Part shown: in pieces, positions 44,561 to 54,316 of the stretch
Layout: every line of letters starts with the position of its first letter
Position numbering within the stretch: the stretch's first letter is position 1
From: Trypanosoma brucei
Lineage: Eukaryota
DNA: 64,000 nt
Assembly: GCA_000002445.1 (NCBI GenBank)
Contig: CP000070.1
Span: 1,984,001 to 2,048,000, forward strand
Direction: 5' to 3'
The notes under the pieces: generated by a model
Told to the model about the DNA's origin: nothing
The model's database searches: none
The model's input: the letters and a program-made list of their open reading frames with translations, nothing else
Made by a program: the position numbers and the translations under genes

Positions 44561-47500
44561 TTAAGCAATATTTACACCCCGCCCGTACATGAGCTTCCCC
44601 AGACTGCCATTGCCCAACCGCTGAAAAGAGCAACCATCGTGCCCCGCATATTCATTTTTCTTTCCTTTACTGCAGCGGCTGCTGTCACTAATGTTATTAC
44701 TATTATTATTATTGTTATTCTTAATGCAACTGCGAGCACCGACACTGCTCCTTTTGCTGCTGCTAGCTATGCTACAATAACCGCTATTGGGATTGTTGCT
44801 ACCGCTGTTGTTATTCCCACCACTCGATTTGGTGCTGGCATTACTGTTACTAAAGTACGACAAACTTCCGGGCTTACTGCTAGCGATACGCTCCAAACTC
44901 CACGCACGTCTGCGTGTTTTAATATTTGTTTCAGTGCAAGGCAGCGTTGGGTTGGTTTGCGTATACGAAAAGGGACGTGCATTCACCAACGGCACACTCC
45001 GTAGCGCGTTGGGCGCTTTGAGATAAAAGGCCCGCGATATACGAGCGTCCCGACACATGTTCTCCTTTGATCCCTGACCGAAGAGACTAATACCTGGACC
45101 CGACTTGCGTTTCCTTTCCGAACTTCCGCGCGACTTGGCCAGCAATGACGTTGTTGACAGCGATCGGCCTCCCGATGGTTTGCCATTAGTTGCTGATGCC
45201 GTTTGCCGTATTTGGCATGTAACGTTAGTGCCCGATGCAGCGCGTACTGCAGTGTTATTTTCACTTTCTTTCGGACATGAGCGTTCCGGTGGGTCAACAG
45301 CAGGGGCATTCACAGGCCGGGGGAGAATTTTTGGACCCATGGAGTCTGCACAAACAACCATAGTGTCGCAACGTATTGCCCTCTCACTACCCTGCGTTCG
45401 GCAGAAATTCAGCACAGGGGCCGCAGCTTTTTTCTCACTCCTCCCCTGTTTCCCTAACTCAACCTCCTTGAGATGTGTTTGCCACGTCACGGAGACCTCA
45501 TTTGATGGCTCCGGTGAGGGACTTCCTTCACCACATGTCAGATACGAGCACCGCGTGCTGAAGGACCGCAATAATCCACGAATTTGATGCTTTCCCTGTT
45601 GTTCTAAAGGGGGTACCGCTCCAGCCACTGCTGTGAAGAACTCCGTGGACACCTGTGGCGAGCGAGCGGATGGAGAACGACTGCTTAACGCATCTTCATC
45701 AACATCCAACTCGCTTTTCCCCCCTGCCATTTGTCCTGATGGAAGAACATCACAGTTGATGGCGGATTTCCCCTGTGCCGAATTAGCAGACTGTGTGGAC
45801 ACCGTAGTTAGCGTAGAAAGTGATACGGTAAAACGGAAGGACGAAGCGTTACGAATGCTAGTACGACTTCTCTGCCGTTTCTCCGCGTATGTTCCATAAC
45901 CTGTTTCGCCGATATCAGTACGGGACTTTCCACTTCTTTTTGAGGTGACTTCCCGCGGCCCCTTCATTGCAGACGAGACGCCCACCTGCAAGTCACGGAC
46001 GTGCATGGAGTCAGTAGAGTTACCCCAATCCTCATTAACAGATGTCCCGCTATTCATTTCAACTAAATGCCCACCGGAGAATGTTGCCGGCACCCATGAC
46101 TTGTTCTTCCTACGGAAACTGCTCCCCCTTTTCCCCATAGGGTAATGTGCAGTTTTTGCACTCTCCTCGTCACCATATGGGGTGTTCACCCGCCGAATCT
46201 CCTCTCCTTCACAGCGACCGGCTACGCTTGCCGCATCTGTTGCCATCGCTATTGGTTCCTTGTCCGTTGTAGTTTGCCACCAGCCTAAACCATTTTTTGC
46301 ACCACGCGTTGGGTTGCACAAGGCGGCCCACATTTCCCTTTCCCGTCCCTCCTCATCCGGTGACATAGTTCTGCGTCGTCTATTGTTCTTTTTCCTTCTA
46401 CAACCTTCTCCATATTCTTTCTTCACAGGGTATATTGGTTCATTTTCATGAACATCATTCTGTTTGGCGGTTGAACTACGTCCCAAGCGACAGGGTGGTG
46501 TTTTTGGTAATTTTCGCAACGCTTTTTTGTGAGTCAGTCGTCGTTTCTTTTGCATACTGGCGGCAGCGACTTTGGACGGCGTTGTGTGCGTAAAATCCCC
46601 CTTTCCTTCCGTTTGTTTCTCTCCTTGCGGTTGCTGCTTCTTACTAGAGGCTTTCCCTAACTGTGGGCCACCGCGGGGCTTGCGTGTCACACGAGCAGCA
46701 TTTCTCTTTTTGCATTTCGTCGTGTGGGACACGTTGTGTCTGGCCACCACTTTTCGCCGACGACTACCAACAGCCCAACTTAGTTTTGTGGGGGAGTGCG
46801 ACGTGACGGCCTTTTCCAACCGCCTCCTGCTCACTTCTAACATAGATAATGGTAAGGGCCTTACCTTGGGGACACTGTCTCCTTCCGCTCTGGGTGCTAT
46901 TTCAACAACGTCGTCGCTGAAACTAACACAAATGAGGTCCGATCGCTCGAAACGAGATGCCACGGTAGTCTGCGGTTCCACCTGTGCGATGGGCGTACCT
47001 TCTGTTTCAGTCACTACGCGACTCATAGCGGATGCCATCGTGGTAATAACGGGTGCTACCGTCGTTTTTGGCGTTGCTGTTGGTGTAGTTGCCGTTGTGT
47101 CCGACACCGTTTTCACCGCACCCGACTTGCCCTTTTTTGTGTGAGTAGGCCGCCGGCCAAGATTAACTTTAGAGCAAAGTGGCTGCAGCGATGGCACACC
47201 TTCGGGCATGGGGGTATGCCCGCGCTTAGGCTTTTCTTCCATCCACAACTTAAGCTTACCGGAGGCTGTACGTGCCTTTACTGCCACGTCGCCTTGACCG
47301 TTGCCGAGTGTATCACGACTTCGCTGTTGCAATGCCGCTCCGGCGAGACCCTTTTTCGATTCCTGGCGTGACAGTGGTGCTGCCGTCGATGTGTGTTTTT
47401 TCGTTGCTGCTACATGGAGTGAAGTTGGTACTCTTCTGCTGTTGCACCGTGAAAACGGTGAGGTATGCGCTAAATTTGGTGTCGAGTGGTATTTTTGAAA

Positions 47501-48457
47501 CCTCCGCGTTGGCGCCTCCATCCGGCAAGCTCCAGGGTTTGTTCCGCTGGACGAAACCCTGCGTATGCCCTGTGTAAGTGAACGCTTAAAGATGGACTTC
47601 GGCGCAGGCCCACACTGTTGTTCCTTCACTTTCATGGGGGACATGCGTGAGGCCTCGGAATGAGACAACGCACCGCGACTCACGTGCGAACCAGTGGTTA
47701 CACTACGAACAAATCGCTGAAGTTCAGCTACATCGATTTTCCTACGGTTTGGTGGGGAGCACGTGCGTGATTCCTTCGTGATAACACTGCTTCCCTTATT
47801 ATTTTCCTTGTTGAACCTATTAACACTGTTCGTCCGCGACATATTACCCTTTTCACATATGTTCCGTCTTGTGTGACCCTTTTGTTCACTGGGCGTCGAC
47901 CCATCCTCCACAGCACCGCTTGCCCCAGTCTCAACCACACTCTTTTTGCCTTTTTTCATGACCTTATCTGATGTGCCAGCATGTGATGAAACCGAACTCT
48001 GTTGCGACTGTTTCGCGTTCCGCTGAGTCTGCACAAATATTTTTGTGTTTGAAGGGTCGTAATGGATTCCCTCACGCAACGACGCCACTTCTGATGCATC
48101 TGCACGATCACTTCCCAAGTCAAACAGATGGTCAAAGCGCCCACCATCAACTAAACTAGCAGCGGGAACATCAACAATAGTAAGCGGTATCGGATGCGTT
48201 GGTAGCCGCTTCGGAGAACGCTTACTATATTCACTGGCATCAGCGGTAAGTTCAGAGACACCACTCACATCAGGGTCATTCAGGCCACCCTGCCATTCAC
48301 ATTCAGCTACCATCCTTTTGAGGTAAGCAAGCGACATACAAGGAAACTTTACCCGTGAGTTTGTAGTGATCCGCTGCACTGTTGGTGCCCTATTTTTGAC
48401 TCTTCTTTGTTTTGTAGTCCCCTCTATCGTGGACACACCTTGCTTTCCACTCAACAA
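44561..48457 (-). CDS. Large basic Ser/Thr/Arg/Lys-rich low-complexity hypothetical protein (1298 aa)
   Basis: Uninterrupted 3.9-kb ORF on the polycistron strand. No recognisable domain. The C-terminal end is Asn/Ser-rich (NNNNNSNNISDSS), encoded by the (ATT)n-like tract at 44690-44720. Confidence 0.5.
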   Translation of the reverse strand: MLSGKQGVSTIEGTTKQRRVKNRAPTVQRITTNSRVKFPCMSLAYLKRMVAECEWQGGLNDPDVSGVSELTADASEYSKRSPKRLPTHPIPLTIVDVPAASLVDGGRFDHLFDLGSDRADASEVASLREGIHYDPSNTKIFVQTQRNAKQSQQSSVSSHAGTSDKVMKKGKKSVVETGASGAVEDGSTPSEQKGHTRRNICEKGNMSRTNSVNRFNKENNKGSSVITKESRTCSPPNRRKIDVAELQRFVRSVTTGSHVSRGALSHSEASRMSPMKVKEQQCGPAPKSIFKRSLTQGIRRVSSSGTNPGACRMEAPTRRFQKYHSTPNLAHTSPFSRCNSRRVPTSLHVAATKKHTSTAAPLSRQESKKGLAGAALQQRSRDTLGNGQGDVAVKARTASGKLKLWMEEKPKRGHTPMPEGVPSLQPLCSKVNLGRRPTHTKKGKSGAVKTVSDTTATTPTATPKTTVAPVITTMASAMSRVVTETEGTPIAQVEPQTTVASRFERSDLICVSFSDDVVEIAPRAEGDSVPKVRPLPLSMLEVSRRRLEKAVTSHSPTKLSWAVGSRRRKVVARHNVSHTTKCKKRNAARVTRKPRGGPQLGKASSKKQQPQGEKQTEGKGDFTHTTPSKVAAASMQKKRRLTHKKALRKLPKTPPCRLGRSSTAKQNDVHENEPIYPVKKEYGEGCRRKKNNRRRRTMSPDEEGREREMWAALCNPTRGAKNGLGWWQTTTDKEPIAMATDAASVAGRCEGEEIRRVNTPYGDEESAKTAHYPMGKRGSSFRRKNKSWVPATFSGGHLVEMNSGTSVNEDWGNSTDSMHVRDLQVGVSSAMKGPREVTSKRSGKSRTDIGETGYGTYAEKRQRSRTSIRNASSFRFTVSLSTLTTVSTQSANSAQGKSAINCDVLPSGQMAGGKSELDVDEDALSSRSPSARSPQVSTEFFTAVAGAVPPLEQQGKHQIRGLLRSFSTRCSYLTCGEGSPSPEPSNEVSVTWQTHLKEVELGKQGRSEKKAAAPVLNFCRTQGSERAIRCDTMVVCADSMGPKILPRPVNAPAVDPPERSCPKESENNTAVRAASGTNVTCQIRQTASATNGKPSGGRSLSTTSLLAKSRGSSERKRKSGPGISLFGQGSKENMCRDARISRAFYLKAPNALRSVPLVNARPFSYTQTNPTLPCTETNIKTRRRAWSLERIASSKPGSLSYFSNSNASTKSSGGNNNSGSNNPNSGYCSIASSSKRSSVGARSCIKNNNNNNSNNISDSSRCSKGKKNEYAGHDGCSFQRLGNGSLGKLMYGRGVNIA

Positions 48458-49131
48458 CTACGGTGTATCTACCGCAGTGGCGGCGCAGCACACATCAACC
48501 AAAGAATCAGAGAGAAGAGAATGTGTGACAGTAGTGAATGTGGAATGAAGGGGAAGTTTGACAACAACAACAGTGAAATATTACACATGTAAAACAGTTT
48601 GCGAGTAGCCCTGTTGTGGAAAGAAAAGAGGGTACACCGCCCCACACAACACGATATGTCAGCACGCAGTGCAACGGGGAGGGGAATCCGAATAACACTA
48701 CAACGGAAGCACATCACGTGCAATGACAAATATCATCCTTGATGAAACAGGTGACGGTAACATCTCCTCACTTTTCCATAGGAGTACTGTCTCGTTTACT
48801 CATCTTCCACTTGCTCACTTCGATATTAAGATGTGTGAGAAAACCAACCCAACCCAAGGGCAGCATTTCAGTCTCCTTCACAATGACTATCCATCCCACA
48901 ACGCGCCGCTTTTCCATCCCGAAGTCCGGAAGATCGCCGTTACTTCGTAGTGCTTATTGTGCCAACTCCTCACCACCGCAACAGATAATGTGTAAAACGA
49001 TGCCAAGGAAGAACCAACAGAGGTGTAGCGAAGTAAATTGACACACCCAAGCACAAACATATAGCAATTAGGATCAGCTGACGGTATGGCAAACCAAGGG
49101 ACCATGGCTGCCACCAACACACGTCAACTCG

Positions 49132-51069
49132 TTACCAACCGTGACGATTCTTAGCGGACTCGAGCACCACGACAGGCGTACGCACTGTGTGGATCTTCGG
49201 CGGTATCGGCATGTGGTCGCAGACAATCTCCTTGCAGTCAGTGAGTGTGCATGGGACACCGATTATATCATCCAAGCGTATTGAGCCACACCGTTCCAGC
49301 AGTAACCTCCCAATGGCCTTTTGGGACGCCAGCTTCTTGAGGCCCTCCGCTGCAATAGGGATGGCGCAGAGTCTCAGAACGCAAGACCGGATGGCACTTT
49401 TGTCGGCACTGATTTTTTCGAGTAACTCGCAGTCACTCAAACTCAACTCCTCGAGAGTCTTTATGGCAAATACAGGATCAACGTGTGTCAAGTGCTTGGC
49501 GTTTCTCACACATAGCGACCGCAGTGCTTCACACCGCGAGAGGTCCTCAATTTCCTTATTCCCCACGAAGGGACCCTCGAGTATCAACTTGCTGAGCTCC
49601 GGCAGCGAGGCGATGGCAGCAAATTCGGAGACGCTGCGCAGCCCACAAATATACAATTCCCTCAGTTTCTTCGGCGATGCCAACTTCGATACGTTCAGCT
49701 CCCCACCACAGTACCAGAGTCGAAGGCACGTGAGATTCGTGGCCGACTCACAAATGGTTTCCAATGTGGTGGTGGAAGCAGACCCGCTACACAACCCGAG
49801 GGTCTCCAATGGAGATCTCCGCCCGGGGAACACCACCTCGGGTGAGTCATCCAAAAACAGCCTGCGTAGATTCCGCAGGGATGCGATGGCCTTAGAAGTC
49901 TTTTTACTGAGTGTCGAGCAGAATCGCAGGTCGACTTCGCTCAGGGATGTGCTGTACAGCTTTCCCACACATTCATCAGTCACCGCAGTAGCCCGCAATA
50001 GGAGCTTCTCCAGCGGTGGCGCACAGTCCACAGGGCCAACAATTCTTGCACGACTGCATAGGCTGAGGTCCAACACCTTCAGCGACCTCAGGTTGGTCAA
50101 TGGGCTTATGTCAACAATTTCCTTGTTCCCGCTGAGGATCACCTCCTCGAGCGTAGTGAATGCTGATAGTGCCTTCACATCGGCATCCGTTACACTGCTA
50201 TTCGTCAGGCGCAACACACGAAGTAACGGCAGCTCGGTTCCCCACTCGAACGTAGAACGAACACCCACATTGTCAAGACATAACTCCACCAATTTCTTGC
50301 AGTTTTTCAGTGAGATCTTGCTATGCACCGCCGAGCAATCCCCAAGCCGCAGCACCTTTAACGACACACAATCATGAAAATACTCGACAAGTCCATTGCC
50401 AACGATAAGGGAGGTTCCGGTAATAACCAATCGTCTGAGAATTGGCCACGTCAGTGTGTCAGTGAAGGCATTCATGTTGGGACAGTTCTCAATGGTGATG
50501 CTATCGAGAAACAGGGCATTCCCTAAGAATTTGGCATCCTGTAACATCGAGATATTCTTCATTACAATCTCACGCAGTTTCTCAAGGGACTCCACACCTT
50601 TCTCCCATTCGTTATCCAGCCGTGTACCATGCAGGATAAGCGTTTGGAGGCAGGGGAATTTACCGATACACGACATGTTGGCTACAGCACCCGGCCCGAT
50701 TTCCAACAGGTATAACCCTTGATTGCTGAGTAACTCGAGGTCCAGGCGTCCACAACACCGTCGGAGGCGCAATTCTCCCACATCGCCCTTTAGTGATGAG
50801 AGTTCTTTCAGATTAAACCCCGGGTCGTCGACAACAATCACGTCTGCGGGGTCATCACATTCAAGTGGTGCGTTCTTATCGCAGTTTATAACTGCCTTCC
50901 ACGTGACTGGTCGTCTCCGATATTCATCATACTCTTCCCGCAGCTTTTCGTGTTCCGCTGCCACCATATGGACATGATTGCGCAGTTCTGCGACCTCCTC
51001 CCGCAGCTTCTCCACATCTTCATTGGTTACCATTTGTTCCCCACCTTCAGAGCCGAGTCGCTTCACCAT
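49132..51069 (-). CDS. Leucine-rich repeat protein (cysteine-containing LRRs, ESAG8/LRRP1-like) with an N-terminal coiled-coil segment; ~645 aa from the internal ATG
   Basis: At least 12 consecutive 22-25-aa repeats of the form L..L..L.L..C..[IV].D[IV]..L, e.g. LRSLKVLDLSLCSRARIVGPVDCAPPLEKLLLRATAVTDECVGKL and LTCLRLWYCGGELNVSKLASPKKLRELYICGLRSVSEFAAIASLPELSKLILEG. A coiled-coil VEKLREEVAELRNHVHMVAAEHEKLREEYDEYRR lies at the N-terminus. The first 98 codons of the track ORF (MNYISMGQRMAQRIRIDQSHRHH...) look non-coding. The start is moved to MVKRLGSEGGEQMV at 51069..51067. Confidence 0.75.
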   Translation of the reverse strand: MVKRLGSEGGEQMVTNEDVEKLREEVAELRNHVHMVAAEHEKLREEYDEYRRRPVTWKAVINCDKNAPLECDDPADVIVVDDPGFNLKELSSLKGDVGELRLRRCCGRLDLELLSNQGLYLLEIGPGAVANMSCIGKFPCLQTLILHGTRLDNEWEKGVESLEKLREIVMKNISMLQDAKFLGNALFLDSITIENCPNMNAFTDTLTWPILRRLVITGTSLIVGNGLVEYFHDCVSLKVLRLGDCSAVHSKISLKNCKKLVELCLDNVGVRSTFEWGTELPLLRVLRLTNSSVTDADVKALSAFTTLEEVILSGNKEIVDISPLTNLRSLKVLDLSLCSRARIVGPVDCAPPLEKLLLRATAVTDECVGKLYSTSLSEVDLRFCSTLSKKTSKAIASLRNLRRLFLDDSPEVVFPGRRSPLETLGLCSGSASTTTLETICESATNLTCLRLWYCGGELNVSKLASPKKLRELYICGLRSVSEFAAIASLPELSKLILEGPFVGNKEIEDLSRCEALRSLCVRNAKHLTHVDPVFAIKTLEELSLSDCELLEKISADKSAIRSCVLRLCAIPIAAEGLKKLASQKAIGRLLLERCGSIRLDDIIGVPCTLTDCKEIVCDHMPIPPKIHTVRTPVVVLESAKNRHGW

Positions 51070-52789
51070 CGCGCCTCCCCCTTTGCCTTTTGTATTTTTG
51101 GTGAGGGAAAGAGTGTGGATTGTGTAAAAAGGTGGAAAGGGCGATTTGAGTGACGTAAGAAAGGAAGGCTTGGGGAAGAAGTGGAGCTGCACACCCAGCG
51201 ACTTTGGACAATACAAACGGGTGTAACACTGTGCTGACAAGGCATGATTATGTGTCTCATTTCTCAAGTCTACAAGGTGGTTGCTGGTGATGGCATGGTG
51301 TCTATGCGACTGGTCGATTCGTATTCGTTGAGCCATACGCTGACCCATAGATATATAGTTCATTTTCGGTACTTTACCCCGTGGACCAGTGCAGGAGGTT
51401 ACGCACGCGGCGGATAGTGAGATGATTCGTTCTTAGTCAATAATATGTGAAGGAGAGGGGCAAGATAGGATGGGCTGACAGAAGACAGTTTGGGGTGCGT
51501 CACTCAGCAGGTTGGGGATACCTTACTTCACCCTTTACGGTGTCAGTGTTGATGGCTGAACGCCGTTCTGCCTGCCTCTTCTCCTTTTTCTTTTCTCATA
51601 TCTTTTAGCTTCTGGGGTCTAAGCTGCCATGCACTTCCGACTTCTGAACCGCCCATCCACCCATTTTCCCCGCCCCATCCCTTTAACTCGTTTTATACGT
51701 CGGCAAGACATGCTAATGATGAGCACGGCTTATTTCGTTACTCATTTTTGTGCGCTCACTTGTGCGCCACCTCCTGGCGGGTGACCACGCATGAGTGAAT
51801 TGTACGTTTCCTTTCAGTTCCAGTGGAGGTAATATCTTAATGAAAGGGAAGGAGGAGACCGAGAGGGTAAGAGAACGTAAAACATTGGTGAGGTTTGTTC
51901 AGGACGTAAGGAATTGGTAAGGCAAACAGAGAAAAGAAATAGAGATGACGCTGACATCATTAGGAGTAGCTTAGAAGCTCACGTGCCACCTAATGAGCTT
52001 TCCATTTCCCTTCTAAACAGTTTATCTTTTACGAAGCGGGGCGTGATCTACGAGGAAGGCATTGGCATACGATGTTCCTTTCCTCTTTTCCCCTCCTTTC
52101 AAATGCATAAATAATGCCAACGAGCAAAAAGGATTGACTGGGGGGAGGGGGGAGGGATGGAAGGGGGAACAACAAAAGACCGCTATGGATTAGCCAATAG
52201 CGGTGCCCTGAAGGCAATGTTGGGAATTGATGTCATTTCCTTTCATTTGTGTATAATTCCCATACATTACTGTCAATATGTTGGTTTTACCATCGACTGT
52301 TCTCTTTTCTTAACGGGCACAATCTATTCCATTTCACTCCTTTTCATAACCACTCCCCGCCGCTTCCTTTCACATTATTCTTTTCGATGACCCCTCTTCG
52401 GCTTTTCCCTCGTTAAAGCGTTAAATGCCTCCCCCCTCCCCCTTAGCATTGCCCCATTCCTTCCTCTCTTTCTCTTTCTTTTCCGCATTGCTTCGTGTTT
52501 GACTCCTCAACGTTGACAATAATGATAATGGCCAACAGCAGCATCAACAGGAGGAGTTGAGCAGTTGCGTAAATTCATTTCCCCTTCCCTCCGGCCACCA
52601 TTCACCCTCCTTTTTTTTCCCTTTGCTTTTGTTCCCCAGCACAAGTGGGACAAAACTCCCTCCCCATTACCATCACCCACACGCATATTCTCCTCTCAAT
52701 AATATGGAAATTAACATACAAATGTATAAATATAAAATATATGGGTGTAAATATATACGGGGTCATGAAAGGGAACAGGTTTGCAAAAA

Positions 52790-52793
<4 letters not shown>

Positions 52794-52841
<48 letters not shown>
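52794..52841. repeat. (CA)24 microsatellite
   Basis: Perfect AC dinucleotide run read directly, in the 2.95-kb spacer upstream of the LRR-protein gene. Confidence 0.95.
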
Positions 52842-52847
<6 letters not shown>

Positions 52848-53312
52848 GCAAAAAGGAGAAAATAGACTAGGTAAAAGGAAACAACTTTTTTATGTTTGGT
52901 TTCATTTTAAAAGGAAAGTGAGTAAAAGAGGAAAGCACCGAGATTGCGTAAAACCGCACCCCGCCACGTGAGTGATACATAAAAAAAAAGTTATGAAGGA
53001 TCTCATATTACCTTCAACGTCAGTGTGGGTAAATAGTAATAATATTAACAATAACAATAAGAGTGATCAAAACAACATTGACAGTAGAAAAAAAGGTATC
53101 ACAGTCGTGGTAGCATAAAATAAGTAAAAGGTAAATAATAACAAAAATAGCAACAGCAAAATTCTTAAAAAAAACTGGATGGGCACAGTGCGCGCATTGG
53201 CCACCGGAGGGAGAAGAAGAAAAGGGACTGGGTATTAAACTGAAGGGGTGCACACATACGCATAAACGAGGAGACACGCACATGGAAGCTCCAAAAAGGA
53301 GGAAAGGATAAA

Positions 53313-53341
53313 ACAACAACAACAACAACAACAACAACAAA
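53313..53341. repeat. (CAA)9-10 trinucleotide repeat
   Basis: Read directly. Other (CAA)n runs lie at 24416-24442, 42950-42975, 34290-34312 and 2603-2630 (the last as (AAAC)7). Confidence 0.9.
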
Positions 53342-53477
53342 ATTTTACCCATGAGCAAGTGTGAGAGCTTTCCTGTCTGTTTTATGTTGCAGCAGCAGTA
53401 GCATTAGCATTAGCAGCAACTGCACGTCCATACGTATGATCAAGCATATATACATATTTATTCATTCGGTCATATAA

Positions 53478-53508
<31 letters not shown>

Positions 53509-54316
53509 TATTATGTACGTACGTAAACATGCCTGGAGCGCAGGAACGGAACTCATTAAGTCAGAGGGGGGGGGGGAAGCAGAAAATATCAAATAAAAAA
53601 GAAAAAAAAAGCAACAGTCACATAACAAACCAAACACAAAATAAAGGCTCACAGACTTCCACCCCCTGCTATACCGTCTCGGCTACTGCTACTCGTTCCT
53701 TTCCAGCCGTCCAACCAGTTGAACCGCAAACCAAAAACAAACAAACAGAAACAAAAAGAGAAAGATGTGTGTGTAAGCTATTTCCCCTTTCCCTGCAACA
53801 CCTCTAATCCATATGCACCAACACACACACAAAAGCACAAAAAACAGGGGGAAAAAACGTTGGTAATCCTTTAGTAAGAAACTCAGCGTAAAGCGGAAAG
53901 TGATTAAGGTGCGCGGAAAGGAAAATAATCAACATCCAAGAATGAAGAAGGAAAACAACAACAACAGCAACGCCACCTACCCAATGCGCGAAGCCTAGGT
54001 CAGTATGAAACGATGCGCAGAGTGGAAAAGAAGACAAAAGGCTGGTGATGAAAGGAAATGAAAAATCCAAGAAACCAACGGTGGTGTGCGGCTGCCGTCT
54101 CCATAACACATTAATGCACATGCGAACGGTGTTAGCTCCCACGGAACAAGAAGACAACAAGGTATTCGCGCCGGTCCTGTAATGCGTCTCCACTGCTCAA
54201 ATGGCGTCTCACACATGACCCAGTGCAATCGTGTGCACATGAACAACTGGTGTCAATCAGATATTCAGAAGGAAAAATCAAGAGGCCCCGCTTCAGAGGT
54301 TGGTAAATAATATTTT

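Noticed and set aside
49187-50377. Plus-strand ORF of 396 aa, and many other 60-200-aa plus-strand ORFs (e.g. 3757-4344, 9469-9981, 18763-19197, 46572-47144)
   Set aside because: Each lies entirely antisense to a well-supported minus-strand CDS and translates to Ser/Arg/Pro-rich low-complexity text. They are shadow ORFs, typical of GC-biased coding regions.
51710-51800. Possible C/D snoRNA (C-box-like AATGATGAG at about 51714)
   Set aside because: No D box (CTGA) at the expected 60-100 nt distance. No terminal stem. No tandem duplication of the unit as is usual for trypanosome snoRNA clusters. TGATGA occurs frequently by chance in this composition.
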